A stretch of DNA of 63,868 bases, filler included, from Octopus bimaculoides (lineage: Eukaryota): assembly GCF_001194135.2 (NCBI RefSeq). It is 5 parts of 5 records of this genome, joined end to end, with 100 filler letters (N's around TTAATTAATTAA, not from the genome) between each part and the next. Parts side by side here need not be neighbours in the genome. Positions count along the whole stretch, not along the records: positions 22,208 to 52,201 come from NC_068990.1; positions 52,302 to 57,533 come from NC_068986.1; positions 57,634 to 62,544 come from NC_069000.1; positions 62,645 to 63,868 come from NW_026384213.1; 1 more part is not named here. One strand, 5' to 3'. The notes beneath the pieces were generated by a model, which saw only the letters and a list, made by a program, of their open reading frames with translations, was not told where the DNA came from and made no database searches. Both the position numbers and the translations under genes were made by a program. Position 1 is the first letter of the stretch. The number at the start of each line of letters is the position of its first letter. Positions 50,090 to 63,599 of the stretch are shown piece by piece.

Positions 50090-50222
50090 AAATGGCACTT
50101 ATTTTATCGACCCTGAAAGGATGAAAGGCAAAGTCGACCTCAGTGGAATTTGAACTCAGAATGTAAAGACAGATTAAATGCTGCTAAGCATTTTGCCTGG
50201 CATGCTAATAATTCTGCCAGTT
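50090..50222 (-). mobile_element. SINE family B 5' half
   Basis: tttatcgaccctgaaaggatgaaaggcaaagtcgacctcagtggaatttgaactcagaa...ctaagcattttgcc...ctgccag. Confidence 0.85.
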
Positions 50223-50244
50223 TGTTTTATATATATTGAATACT

Positions 50245-50407
50245 ATAGTTATGCAGACTCACATACAGGACTTCAAGTTTCTGTGTCAACAATATGACGG
50301 TTGCCGCACTTCTTCTGCTGTTATATCACTGGACTTGAAGAAGTGTAGTGATCATCATGTTGTTGATACAGAAACTTCAAGTCCTGTATGTGATTCTCTA
50401 TAACTAT
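50245..50407. repeat. Palindromic element (~70-bp imperfect arms)
   Basis: atagttatgcagactcacatacaggacttcaagtttctgtgtcaacaa pairs with ttgttgatacagaaacttcaagtcctgtatgtgattctctataactat. Confidence 0.85.
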
Positions 50408-50630
50408 CAGTCAATAAATATAGTCCAACCAAGGATTTCTTAAAGATCCTGAATTCTCTTTCCTTTATATTCCTTACAGTTTTCAAACTTCATAAGCCAA
50501 CCCTCACAAATCTCAGTCATCTGCTAAATCAGTGCTTTTCAACTGGAGTCCCTATGACCGTTGGGGGTCCATATAAGACCTTGTTAACAATTATCGGTAA
50601 TAAATTGGTTATACTTCTAAAATATGCAAT

Positions 50631-50859
50631 TTACTCTTTTACTTGTTTCAGTCATTTCATTGCAACCATGCTGGAGCACTGCCTTTAGTCGTGCAAATTG
50701 ACCCCAGGACTTATTCTTTGTAAGCCTAGTACTTATTCTATAGGCCTCTTTTGCCGAACCGCTAAGTGACGGGGACGTAAACACACCAGCATCGGTTGTC
50801 AAGCGATGTTGGAAGGACAAATACAGACACACACTGATACACACACTCATACACACACT

Positions 50860-50895
<36 letters not shown>

Positions 50896-51052
50896 ACAGG
50901 CTTCTTTCAGTTTCCATCTACCAAATCCATTTACAAGGCTTTGGTTCACCTGAAGGTGTAGTAGAAGACACTTGCCCTAGGTGCCACACAGTGGGACTGA
51001 ACCTGGAACCATGTAATTGGGAAGCAAGCTTCTTGCCACACAGCCACTCCTG
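50631..51052 (-). mobile_element. Full-length SINE family A
   Basis: Reverse complement is colinear with 23829-24230. Confidence 0.92.
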
Positions 51053-51064
51053 ATGTTTTAAAGT

Positions 51065-51815
51065 TGACAATGTTTTGCTATCACACTGGGTTTATCTGTT
51101 TCATTTGGTTGTGCCTCAGTTTTGTTGATCCTCACTTCCTCTACATACTTCTTTGCTCTGTCTGATATTGAGTACATTTGGTTTTGGGACGTTCTTACTT
51201 GCAGACAAGTTTAAGCATCTAGTTGTTGGTGTACTTTAAATAGGCATCTACCCTTGTGATTCTTGTCTTTGAAGACAGTTGAAGCTGTATTAGTCCATGT
51301 TCTCCATCCTTCCATGAGACATAAAGTATATCTACATCTGCTGTTGACTGATGCATGAAGTACATTGTGAGGAACTTCATAATCTTTCTATCAATTTTAC
51401 CGATTTCACTGATTGGTCATTTTATGATGTTAAAAGCCACGAATCATAGCAGGTATAGGTAAGGTGTTGATTGCCTCAATCCTGTTTTTTGCATTAAGCT
51501 CAAACTTTAGGATGGCTTCAACTCTACGATAACATTATTTCTGCATTCTTTGCACATTTGTGAATGCTGAATGGCATCCTCTTCTCATACACCTAAATAT
51601 TTGTAATTTTTCCCCAGATTCTAAGTCCTTGATGTTGGTAGACTTGTCTGTTTGTAAGTTGCTCTTTGCAGGAGTTTTCTCTTGAAGAATGCTGTTTTAG
51701 CACATTTATCATGACCAAACTCCATTCCAATGTCGTCACTGTTAAAAGTCATTCCAGTTATTGATTATCTTCTGTGAAAAGCTTCAGATCATTCATGTAC
51801 ACAATTGGTGATTGA
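51065..51815 (-). mobile_element. Decayed R4/Dong-like RT fragment
   Basis: VYMNDLKLF (YMDD-like, 51788-51799), SDDIGMEFGHDKCAK, NYKYLGV, ILKFELNAKNRIEAINTLPIP; many stops and frameshifts. Confidence 0.82.
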
Positions 51816-51911
51816 TTTGTCTTTCGCATACTCTGTACTCATGCTTTGTATCATTCAACAGCTTACTTAGGGGAATGAGAACCATGCAAAGGAGTAGTGG
51901 TGGGAGAGAAC

Positions 51912-52201
51912 CATCATTATCATCATCATCATCACCATCACCACCCTCACCCACACTCCTCTTTCACATCATCATCATCATCATCATCGTCATCGTCATC
52001 ATCATCATCATCATCATCATCATCGTCATCATCATCATCATCATCACCATCACCATCCTCCTCCACCCTCCTCCTCCTACACATCATCATCATCATCATC
52101 TTCATCATCATCATCATCACCACCTCCTCCGCCCTCCTCCTCCTCCACATCATCATCATCATCATCATCATCATCACCTCTGCCACCACCACCACCACCA
52201 C
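51912..52201. repeat. (CAT/CTC/CAC)n compound microsatellite
   Basis: Directly visible; the scaffold ends in it. Confidence 0.95.
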
Positions 52202-52301
52202 NNNNNNNNNNNNNNNNNNNNNNNNNNNNNNNNNNNNNNNNNNNNTTAATTAATTAANNNNNNNNNNNNNNNNNNNNNNNNNNNNNNNNNNNNNNNNNNN
52301 N
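52202..52301. other. Artificial scaffold linker
   Basis: 44N-TTAATTAATTAA-44N. Confidence 0.97.
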
Positions 52302-52335
<34 letters not shown>

Positions 52336-55300
52336 CATGTGTATATATATATATATATAAAAATACACACACACACATATATATGTATGTGTGTGTGTGT
52401 GTGTGTGTTAACATGTATGTATGTGTATACATACATTCATATATATATATATATATATATATATAGTCATATTCAATAAAGCATTTAAAATGTTTTCGAA
52501 GAAGCTAAGAGAGAAAACACAATATTATTTTTAATAATTTATTTTCTATTTCGAAGTGAAAGAAAGAAGAAAAAAAGCAAAACATTTAGCATTCTAAGCA
52601 TTTATGAATTTTTAAAAAATTAGGTTTCAAATAAACTGACTTTGTTTAATCAGTGGATTTGATGCATTTTGTTTGTTTTTCAATTTAATTTTAACTGTAA
52701 ACAAAAAAAGCAAACTCAAATTTGAGAAAATCAAAATTCATATTTATTAAAAATTGCATTTAGAAGGAAATTCTCTGACTTTTGATGGTTTATATTTTAA
52801 TTACATTTGGTTAACGAACTTTGTATATTTAAAGTCTTGTCTACTAAGTGAGTAATGTTGTGTTATTAATGAGAATATAGTATTTACCTTTAGAAACAAA
52901 ATCATTGTATCTTTTTGATAATAATAGTAATAATAACATCAACAACTACAGATACTACAACAACATAATGACTGCTGTTTAATTAAAGTGATTCATTACT
53001 GGAGTTCCAAATCTATATATAATTAATTGCTATAATTATAAATTGAATTGTGGCATATTTTATAGTTTAATACTCAAGCTAATTGGTTGACCAGTCTAAA
53101 GCTAATATTCACCTATGTTCTGACTGGTACAGCAAATACCACAAAGTTTGGTTCTCTTGTAAATATTTGCATCAGAAACTCAAGAAGATATATTTGAAAC
53201 TGTTTTTCTATTATAATTCTGTTCATGTCTTGGAACATAAATTAACCTCAGTACTTAACTGGTTCTATGCTTTATTGATCTTGGAAAGTTGTAAAGTAAT
53301 GTTAATTACTTTAGTGAGAATTCAACATTAAGGGCTGCCTCAAAATACCACAAGGCAATTTTATCTGATGCTCTAATGATTCTGCCTATTCAGTTAAAAT
53401 ATTTTGTGGTACGTAAGACCTGACAAGAATTTTGTGAAATTTTGCTTCTAAAGACATTGAATTCTTATTGTTTTGAATAAGATAAAAATGTAATTTGTAA
53501 TTGTGATTATGCGAGATTAATGGGTTCAGCTCCCAGTTTACCTGTGACATATTGCTTGTAGAATTAGTGGTGTGTGGTAGATTGTTGTTATTGTTCTTCT
53601 ATCACTTGAAATGATGATCATCACCTCAGCTAACTGAGTATGATGTCCGAAGATGACTGGGCAGGCAAATCTGAGCAATAAACTTCCATAGTGTCAGTAA
53701 AGATGGATGGTACAACATAAAGTCTATTATCATATTGATTGCCAACCAATAAAGTTAGTGTTACTTAATAGCTTGCACTCATCTTCATTAAGTTATTATT
53801 ACATCAAGGATGTCAATTTTATTCTTAAGGAAATTTTTTTCATGTAAGAAATTTATGGAATTTTTTAAAATTATAAAATTCATTTTAAATATGAAAAGAA
53901 TAAACTATACTGGATATATAGCTTTGTCAGTTCCTTCAATACAGTACTGTTTTCAGAAGGTTCTTCCATTGACTGTTTATTCTAATATAGTTTATAGTTT
54001 GCCAAAATTGCTGTATTTTTTGCTTTCGTCTTAACCTTTGTGAATTAACAGCAATTTTCAACTTTTAAACCATCAGATGGATGATATTTATAAAGCATTT
54101 TGTTTATTTGAATCACTGCTCACAGACCATGTTGAAACATTTGTGCATATTTTCCATTAAGAGATTGGTTATAAATATATATAACATACGTTGGGCAAAA
54201 TGAATATAAACACAGTTATCACATTACAGTGTAGTAGAAGGTTCTGCACATTCCATGTTGTGTAGAAGAATATAGATGGTAGTTAGTACTGTTGGAGGAT
54301 ATTAGGTATAATTTGGCTTTTACGTGGACAGGCTGACAAAGGATCAACACTGCCAAAATGAATAGCCAAAGATTCCTCAATACTTTTTATGTAATACATT
54401 TGACTGGTTAAGTAGAGTAATTAGGATTGAGATGAAATCAACAACAATAGAGGGAGAAAACATTTATGTAACTAGTTCTTTCGTTAGCAACTGCTGGAAT
54501 TGTGTGAACTTTAGATTTAGACCAGGTATAATGAATTAAAACGAGAATATTGATTAGTGTTTAAAAAAAGACATCTGCATTATATATAGACATATATTGC
54601 AAATGAATAATGCATGAGGGGACAAAATATGTTGTAAAGACGTTGAGATAAGAAAATTAGGTTTTATAGATGAAATAATGGTGAATAGGAATGAATAGAG
54701 CTATACTGTACAAGTTTGTCCATTTATGCCAATTTGGAAGAATTGGAGAATCAAATGCTGAAATACTGATGGTTTTAAAATATTCTTTTGATAGAAAGTA
54801 TTCTTAAAATGTTGCTACTTTTAAAATTACTTCTTCAAGCTTTTAATTCTTAACCAGAAGGAATCTTGAAAAAGTNNNNNNNNNNNNNNNNNNNNNNNNN
54901 NNNNNNNNNNNNNNNNNNNNNNNNNNNNNNNNNNNNNNNNNNNNNNNNNNNNNNNNNNNNNNNNNNNNNNNNNNNNNNNNNNNNNNNNNNNNNNNNNNNN
55001 NNNNNNNNNNNNNNNNNNNNNNNNNNNNNNNNNNNNNNNNNNNNNNNNNNNNNNNNNNNNNNNNNNNNNNNNNNNNNNNNNNNNNNNNNNNNNNNNNNNN
55101 NNNNNNNNNNNNNNNNNNNNNNNNNNNNNNNNNNNNNNNNNNNNNNNNNNNNNNNNNNNNNNNNNNNNNNNNNNNNNNNNNNNNNNNNNNNNNNNAAATA
55201 AAATAAAAAAGATTAATTCTCAGTAGATTTTCTTCGAAGAACTTTTAGAGTATTGATGTTTATAATTCTTCAGAGTTGCAAGAAAAGTTACAAAAAATTC

Positions 55301-56689
55301 TTGATGAAATTTATTGAAAACATGGTTAATAAACTCTAATCTCAAATATACTATGATGTAAAATTTATTAGCTTATTGTTAAAATATTTTGTTAGTGAAG
55401 CACAAAAAATATTTACTCAAACAGAATATCAGCATTACATAATTACACATTTAACTGTGTTATAATGATTATATTAATTAATGTTAAGCAGACACAGGTG
55501 GATGGTTGTTATGATAATTATATTTATACTGTAGGTTACAAGGAACATTTAAAGAATTAGTTTAGCATTATGTACCAAACAACTTTTAATCCATTAATTA
55601 ATCTGAAATTCTAGAATGTTATTAAAATATTGTTTTTTTTTTAAATGTGTATATGTGTTGCCAAGCTGCTGTGTGGGAAGGATTTTCATTGCCCAACATA
55701 TTCTTGAAGATCAAAATGGATGAAAGCAATGGTGGACTACAGAATATTTGTTCCAAAATTTGATGCAATCTAGTTTATTTACTCCACAAAATTGTCATGC
55801 AAGTTTAGGAGAGAGAACAAAAAAAATGAAGTAACTAATTGAAAGGAGAGAGGGGGAGCATAATGGATAAAACAAAAACAAAAAACAAATTGATGAAGAA
55901 CAGTAGAAGCAAGCGCTGGCTGATATTCAGTTTCTTTAGATTTCTCCATAAATAGTTTGAGAAAAAAAAAATGTGAGAATGTTTTGAAGTTTAGCCATTT
56001 AAGAGAAGTAAATATGGAGACTGAAGTGAAACAGACACTATAAAAAAAAAAAATTGAAAGTAATTATTGGAGGAACTTATTGAAGATTAAAGAACTTGCA
56101 TTCTGGTTGTTTTCATTAAATTTTGTTTCATTAAAAAAAAATAATAAATATATTTCAATGCCATTGTTTGTTGAGTCTGTGTTATGAATGTATATTTTTG
56201 TTAAAGAGTATAAAATGTTATATGATGCATTTATGGCTGGGTTTACAGTTTCATTATTTCCATATTGTTCATTCCAATGTTCATTTTATAACATAAATTT
56301 ATATTTCTGGTACAAATATTGAGAAGTAAGAATCAAATTTTGTCAGATATTGATTTATTGAAATTCTAGAACAATGTATTGATGTTGTTTTGATATTCAT
56401 TCACTCATTCGTTTATTTATCATCATTTAGTGTCCACTTTTCCCTGGTTGCATGTCCACTTTTCCCTGGATGGAATTTTTTCAGGCAAATTTTCTATAGC
56501 CAAATATCATTCCTGTTGACATTTCTCTCTTGTTTCCAAGTTAGATAATATTTCCCAGGCCAGGCATGTTTTTGATGGGGGACTGCAAATAAACAGCATT
56601 GTATATCTGATGGTGATGCTTGTTTTACAAGAATTATGCCAAGAAAAGGGTACACACAGACACATATACACACTCACATGTGCATGTGC

Positions 56690-57253
56690 TCACACAATGA
56701 CTTCTTTCAATTTCCATCTACCAAATCCATTCACAAAGCTTTTGTTGACCCAGGGGTAAAGTAGAAGACACTTGCCCATGGCCATGCAGTGGGACTGAAT
56801 CCAAGCAGACGTCTTAACCACATACCCAGACCTTTTATTTTGATATATATATTCTTTTATTCTTTCGCTTGTTTCAGTCATTTGATTGTGGCCATGCTGG
56901 AGTATTGCCTTCAAGAGTTTTTTTAGTCAAAGAAATCGACTTCAGAGCTTATTCTTAGTAAGCATAGTACTTAGTCTATCGGTCTCTTTTGCTGAACCAC
57001 TAGGTTACAGGGATGTAAACACGTCAACATCAGTTTTCCAGTGATGGTGGTAGGGGCAAATGCAGACACAAAAGACACACACACACATGTATATATTACG
57101 ATGGGCTTCTTTCAGTTTCTGTCTACCAAATCCACTCACGAGGCTTTAGTTGGCCCAAGGCTATTGTAGAAAACACTTGCCCAAGGTTCTGGGACTAAAC
57201 CAGAACCATGTGGTTGGGAAACAAGCTTCTTACCACATAGCCATGTCTGCACC
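56690..57253 (-). mobile_element. Two adjacent SINE family A copies (partial 56690-56830, full 56851-57253)
   Basis: Both are the reverse complement of the family A pattern. Confidence 0.88.
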
Positions 57254-57271
57254 TATATGTGTATATATATA

Positions 57272-57533
57272 TATCATCATCATCATCATCGTTTAACGTC
57301 CGCTTTCCATGCTAGCATGGGTTGGACGATTTGACTGAGGACTGGTGAAACCGGATGGCAACACCAGGCTCCAATCTAATTTGGCAGAGTTTCTACAGCT
57401 GGATGCCCTTCCTAACGCCAACCACTCAGAGAGTGTAGTGGGTGCTTTTACGTGTTACCCGCACAAAAACGGCCACGCTCGAAATGGTGTCTTTTATGTG
57501 CCACCCGCACAAGCCAGCCCAGGGGCACTGGCA
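57272..57533 (-). mobile_element. (GAT)n-tailed RTE-type element, young copy cut by the scaffold end
   Basis: catcatcatcgtttaacgtccgctttccatgctagcatgggttggacg..., with CpGs intact. Confidence 0.9.
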
Positions 57534-57633
57534 NNNNNNNNNNNNNNNNNNNNNNNNNNNNNNNNNNNNNNNNNNNNTTAATTAATTAANNNNNNNNNNN
57601 NNNNNNNNNNNNNNNNNNNNNNNNNNNNNNNNN
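57534..57633. other. Artificial scaffold linker
   Basis: 44N-TTAATTAATTAA-44N. Confidence 0.97.
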
Positions 57634-57643
57634 AGAAGGAGTC

Positions 57644-57688
<45 letters not shown>

Positions 57689-59954
57689 GAGAATTTACGA
57701 AAAAAAAAACGTCTTTATCTAAAGTTGAAAATTGAAATGATTTAGCATTAAACTGAAGATTTATTCAGTGAATGTTTATTAAACTTTTAGCTGAGGGATG
57801 ACAGTGACTTCACAGCTTCGACAAGCTACATGCGAGCCGTAACAATATAGAAGTGCATGAATTAAATTATACGCCTATTGCAAAAAGAAAAAAAAACACA
57901 TCTATCTACGTACCCTGTCATATTTAATATATCAATGGCAAATAGTGCATCACTAATCATTAATTATTCATTGCTACATTGCATACCTGTAACTGTAGAG
58001 TAGCTAATGAATGACCCCTTTATAGGAACCGCTTTACTCATAGCTATATTAAATATTTATAGACGCTTCTATCTTGAAAAATAGGTATTCAATGCATAAA
58101 CATTCATTCGCTAAAATAAACTGATTCACTCGACACCATTAACAGATCACATTTGGAGTTTGAAATCAAAAGGTATTGATTTTAAACTCGAGTGGAGTGT
58201 CATAGGTACTGCACCACTATATGGAGATGAATGACATATATTTCGACTGTGCACAGATAAAGATACTGTGATATTATTAGCAGACGATAATCTTTTAAAG
58301 AAACGAAATTTTCAAAATTTTCAAGGCCTACAAGCATTAGACATAATAAGAAAATGAACGTTACTCAATCTAGTAGTATTTCAAATAATATTGTATATTT
58401 TTCATTAAGAGCTCTCTCCTGAATATTCACCTGGTGTATTCTTTCTTATTATCACTCAGTCCTTATATTTATTTGCTTCAAAAACTTTTTACAAACTTCA
58501 TTTATCCTACACATACTTAACGTAAATTATTTATCTAATTACTAATAATAATATAAATAGTACAAACCCATAAAATATTAAATATTATATTCAGCTTTAA
58601 ACTTTTATTATATACATACATGTATGTGCGATGTGTGTGTATGTGAGTGAGTGAGTGAGTGAGTGTGTGTGTGTGTTTGTTTGTGTGTATGTGTATGTCT
58701 ATTTCTATATACGGAATATTTGCATATGATTATCCTCTGCATATATATACATTAACGGCGGTATTCGTCCTATGATAATATCTCTTATTATCTCAGTGTT
58801 CAAAAACACAAATACACATAAGTAGCAGACAAGTAGCCGTGGTAGCTTTCAGTGTTATATCTGCATTAAGTATGATATACAGTTTGCTACCTTACACATA
58901 CTCATATTTCATATATTATATTTATAAAACGATATATACATATATATGAAATAATAAAGTGGTAGAATCAGTCAAGTGATAGTGGTAAAACGTAGTCGGT
59001 TAATCTTTAGCCACAACTCGGCTCCTATAAAAAATACAGATGACTTGATCGTTGATCAATAATATTTATTAATCACTACATCAAATACAATTCATCTCAT
59101 ATCGAGATTAGACAGAAAATTCCGATAAGGTGACAGGTGCTATACAACTGCATCTTTAAAGCAACAAAATTGCTTATTATGCGATAATCAAATTTGTACA
59201 CAAAAGGGATGGAACAAGTAGTTCACTATTACAGCTATTTCAAAAGCACATTTGGTGCATCCTACGTAGCATTACAAATGTGTCGTAGCTGTCTGGAATA
59301 CTTTTTTTTTATCAGGTCGCTGTAATAGAGAATGCAAAGAAAAGCTGGGATAGCAGAAAGAATTAAAAAAAGATGTGAGTGAAGGTTGGAATCGGTAAAG
59401 AAACGATTGCGTGTACTATTCACCGATTACCATAGCAAGATAGATAGAGATGTAGTTTCATTTCGTTATCAGCATACTCAAATTATTGTAATGGCTGCAG
59501 TAGATTATAATTTCATTAAAATATGTGTGGCGTCAATAATGGGCAACCGGAGCGATAGAAGCTGTGATGTTTATTGCTTAGGGTAAATAAATATGAGTAA
59601 TAAAAGCTCATATGGGGGGAAAACAGGGAAGAGGAAAAAAGGAGATAGTGAAAAAGGAAAATAAGTTCAAAGTAAGGTAACGGTAGTCGGTTACTTGAGT
59701 AGGGCACGCTGTTGGCTCTTTCTCCGATTCCAAACTCCACTCTCTGTTTTTAAAATTCTTTTTGTTAGCCTGGCTTTCTTTTACATTTTTCATTACGGTA
59801 AACTATTTTCAACTAAGCGGTCGTATGTACCTGATGAAAAAGTACATAAGACGGGTACAAGACATTCGTAATGTTACGTAAGATGCACCCGATGTGCTTT
59901 TGAAACAGCTGTAGTACTCGACTACCTCTTCCATCTCTTTTATTTACAGATTAC

Positions 59955-59992
<38 letters not shown>

Positions 59993-60454
59993 ATGTATAT
60001 ATATAAACATACATACATGTATACATATATTACGCGCACACGAACATAAATGTTACTCTGTGTGTGTGTGTGTGTGTGTGCGTGCGTGCATATGTGTGTG
60101 TGTGTATATATACACTATGTGTATGCATGTGCTTATTCCATGAGTGCATGCGAGTGTGGGTAGTAGGGACGCGTGTGTGCATGCATGTTTACTTAAATGT
60201 GTATGTGTGTGAATCTCACTATGTGTCGTGTATGTGTGTACGTTTGACCGGCTGCGTGCTAATTACTCTACCGTTCCAGTTGTTATAACAGCTGTGCTTC
60301 CTAACAGTAGCAAAGTAAGCAGAATTGACCTCATTTTTTTTCTCTCTCAACCTCTTCTCACCGTCTTCCACTCACTATTCTTGCTATATTCAGTTTTTAT
60401 TGTTTTAGTTTTGATAATTTGGCTGTCTTATGTCTGCGGGTTTGTGATTGGAGT

Positions 60455-60545
60455 ATATTTGTTTCAGTCATTAGACTATGGCTATGCCAGGGCACCGCTT
60501 TCAGGAGTATTGCCGATTATATCGGACACGGTACTTGTTTAGTAC
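60455..60545 (-). mobile_element. Degenerate SINE family A 3' end
   Basis: ttgtttcagtcattagactatggctatgccagggcaccgc. Confidence 0.6.
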
Positions 60546-61130
60546 TCACTCGCTTCACAAACACCAAGTCATCGTCGGCTAAATGACGTTAACTGCCGCG
60601 GAACAGAATTTACAAGATATCTTTGTCGACACACTAATAATTCGATCCCACATCGTATACATACATGCATTCATACATCATATATAAATCCACCCATCCA
60701 TATACATATGAATGTATGTGTGTGTGTGTGTGTATATGCATGTGTGCGCACGTGTATATTTGTGTATGTCGGCTTTAAGTGAAACGACGTAAAGCAAAGT
60801 CAATTTTCTCTTCGTTTTGATGACATAAACAGGAGTTACATTTCCACCATATATTTCTAGTCACAATAACTATTTCTAAATTAAAACCCAGAACACTTCT
60901 AATATTAAAACATTGATATATGTTTGTGTGTTATAAATATATTAAAGATAAATAAAAAAAAAAAACAATAAGAATTGTTAACTTGAAGAATGCGTCCATA
61001 GTTTGTCATACATTATTTCTCTTTTCTTCGTATAATTTTTGTAACAATTGTATCGAATCATCAATCAGCCCTCTCTCTCTCCCTCCCCTCTCTCTCTCCC
61101 TCCCCTCTCTCTCTCTCACTCCCTCCCTAT

Positions 61131-62190
61131 CTAAGGATATCTCTCGGTAAAGATGGACATAGCTTTATCAAAATGCTGTAAAGCTTCAAGACGGATCTTT
61201 AGTTGTTCAAATTCGTAGTTGTTTGGCATTCTCACTCTTGTCACCTTCTTCAGTTTGGTGCTGTTCCATCTCCACGACATCCTCATTAGATATCTCTTTA
61301 TCACGTGACTCAAGTAATTCCTCAATATCTTGATTTATTTCATTAAATCCGACCTGCTATGCAATTTCAGTAATCTCCTATTGAACATTTTTATTGACTC
61401 TTTGTCACTCGGGAAGTCTGCAATGCAATTTGGATAGATTTTACCATAGACAAATTTCATTGTGGCTGTTTTCACTTCTCGCCATATCACTGTCAAATTT
61501 TCAATGGTATTCATAATATGGTAACCCCGTCAAAATTCTTTTACTGGTAGTTTAATTTTTCTATCTAAAATCTTAAGTACTTGCTTAAAGGTGCACCGCA
61601 AATAGTAGGCTCTGAATGTAGCAATAACCCCTTAACTCTTTACGTCTAAACACAATCAGCCAGGTTGATTCATAAGTTGAACCATTATCTTTCAGTTCAT
61701 CCAGATTAGATAGCATTGTTTGCAAGAAGCAAGGTCTTATTTTCAAGGATCTTCGTCTGACAGTATTCTTTGACAGTTGGACCAAAACATTAAGTAAACC
61801 AATTTGGAACACTGTTCTGGTGATCTACTCCTTTTCATTTGATTGGCATAAATTTAGAAGCTGAGATTTAGAGAATGATAAACAACAAGAAGCTTCAACT
61901 TTAGATCTCCTGAAGCATTCTCACCACGCGATCTTTGGCAGCCTTGAAACTAGGTACAAATCTTTCTTCTTTAGAAATCTAAGTTCGTTTTGGCATTTGC
62001 TTCCAAATAAACCTGTCCCGTAAACGTTAAAAATTGGGTGTAGTGAGTATCCTCTTTAATAATATTTTCCAGTAAAGTTGGAAAAGTAACTGCTGTTTTC
62101 TGTCGGCTTTTAAGAATTCCCCTGTTATCTGTATATGATGAAATTTTACACGATTTGTTAAACGTCCCAATCAACGACAGCATACCATGA
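61131..62190 (-). pseudogene. Decayed Tigger/pogo (CENP-B-like DDE) transposase
   Basis: Across frameshifts: TGLFWKQMPKRT*ISKEERFVPSFKAAKDR, NASGDLKLKLLVVYHS, FGPTVKEYC...LLLANNA (DNA motif), GVIATFRAYYLR, GFNEINQDIEELLES...NEDVVEME. Confidence 0.88.
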
Positions 62191-62381
62191 CGTTTTCACA
62201 TTAAGAAACCCTGTGCATTTTTTAAATAATCATATAAACTTACGGAGATGTACGTGCATAGCAAGTGACCTGATCCGAAATCGTGTACTGGAATGAAAAC
62301 AATTGCAGCGTGGAAGGTGTTTATAAGCCATTTAAAATAACACATAAAGACTGTTAGATTCACTTCAACATTTAAATTTAA

Positions 62382-62432
62382 TTTGTCAAAATATTTTCGT
62401 CGCTTTGAGACCGCGACCTGTTCACTGACAAA
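62382..62432 (-). ncRNA. Minimal type I hammerhead-like fold with a G3-C8 swapped core
   Basis: TTTGTCA-GTGAACA-G-GTCGC(9 nt)GCGAC-GAAA-ATATT-T-TGACAAA: 7-bp stem I, 5-bp stem II, palindromic helix III AAAATATTTT. Confidence 0.55.
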
Positions 62433-62544
62433 ATTCTATGCTGCATTTTTCATTTGTAATGTGTTCTCTATCCATGTTTGAAAGTCTTTCCATATGTTGG
62501 TTTTCATATCTAATGTACCATTCAACGGTGTTACACTGAGTACG

Positions 62545-62644
62545 NNNNNNNNNNNNNNNNNNNNNNNNNNNNNNNNNNNNNNNNNNNNTTAATTAATTAA
62601 NNNNNNNNNNNNNNNNNNNNNNNNNNNNNNNNNNNNNNNNNNNN
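62545..62644. other. Artificial scaffold linker
   Basis: 44N-TTAATTAATTAA-44N. Confidence 0.97.
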
Positions 62645-62714
62645 ACACATGTATTTATATATTGAGAGATAAATAGATATTTATTTTTATCTTGCAAGCT
62701 ACTTGGTAATCCTG

Positions 62715-62945
62715 TCAGTGATGGTGCCATGTAATAAACCGGTTCTGGTGCCACATAAAAAAGCATCCAATACACTCAGGAAAATGGTCGGCATTAGGAA
62801 GGGCATCCAGCTGTAAAATCCATACCAAGACAGACAATGGAGTTTGGAAGAGCTCTCAACCTTGCCAGCTCCTGTTAAATCATCCAACCCATACAAGCAC
62901 GAAAAACAGATGTTAAATGATGATGATGATGATGATGATGATGAT
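62715..62945 (+). mobile_element. (GAT)n-tailed RTE-type element 3' part
   Basis: ggcattaggaagggcatccagctgtaaaa...ccaacccatacaagcacgaaaaacagatgttaaatgatgatg. Confidence 0.85.
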
Positions 62946-62958
62946 ATATACACACATT

Positions 62959-63008
<50 letters not shown>

Positions 63009-63077
63009 TATATACATATATGACACCTGTATGCACATATGCACACATACACACACATGCACATAAATAGATATACA

Positions 63078-63122
<45 letters not shown>

Positions 63123-63249
63123 ATATGTATGTGTGGGTGTGTGTGTGTGTGTGTAGTGATATACAGCTAGTCATGTGTATGTGTGGTTTTGTGTTAGAAG
63201 AGCCACAACTCTTATGTTAGTAGAAAGAAAGCTATATCACATCTATTTA

Positions 63250-63286
63250 ATTAATAATAATAATAATGATAATAATGATAATAACG

Positions 63287-63341
<55 letters not shown>

Positions 63342-63357
63342 CAACGACAATAATAAT
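63250..63357. repeat. (AAT)n microsatellite
   Basis: Directly visible. Confidence 0.97.
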
Positions 63358-63565
63358 CTTTTTTTTATTTCTTGCCTCTACTCAATTGTTAAAACACCAG
63401 TCAAGATTATCTTAGAAGATACAAAATCTTAAAATATGATTATCAAAAATGAAATATATTTGACAATTCTTTCTGTTATTTGGAATTGCCTACCTTTCTA
63501 ATGGAAGATTTGATTAAAAGTTATGAAAAGTCTTCAAGAGAAACACATGAATACATCCATCTATC

Positions 63566-63599
<34 letters not shown>

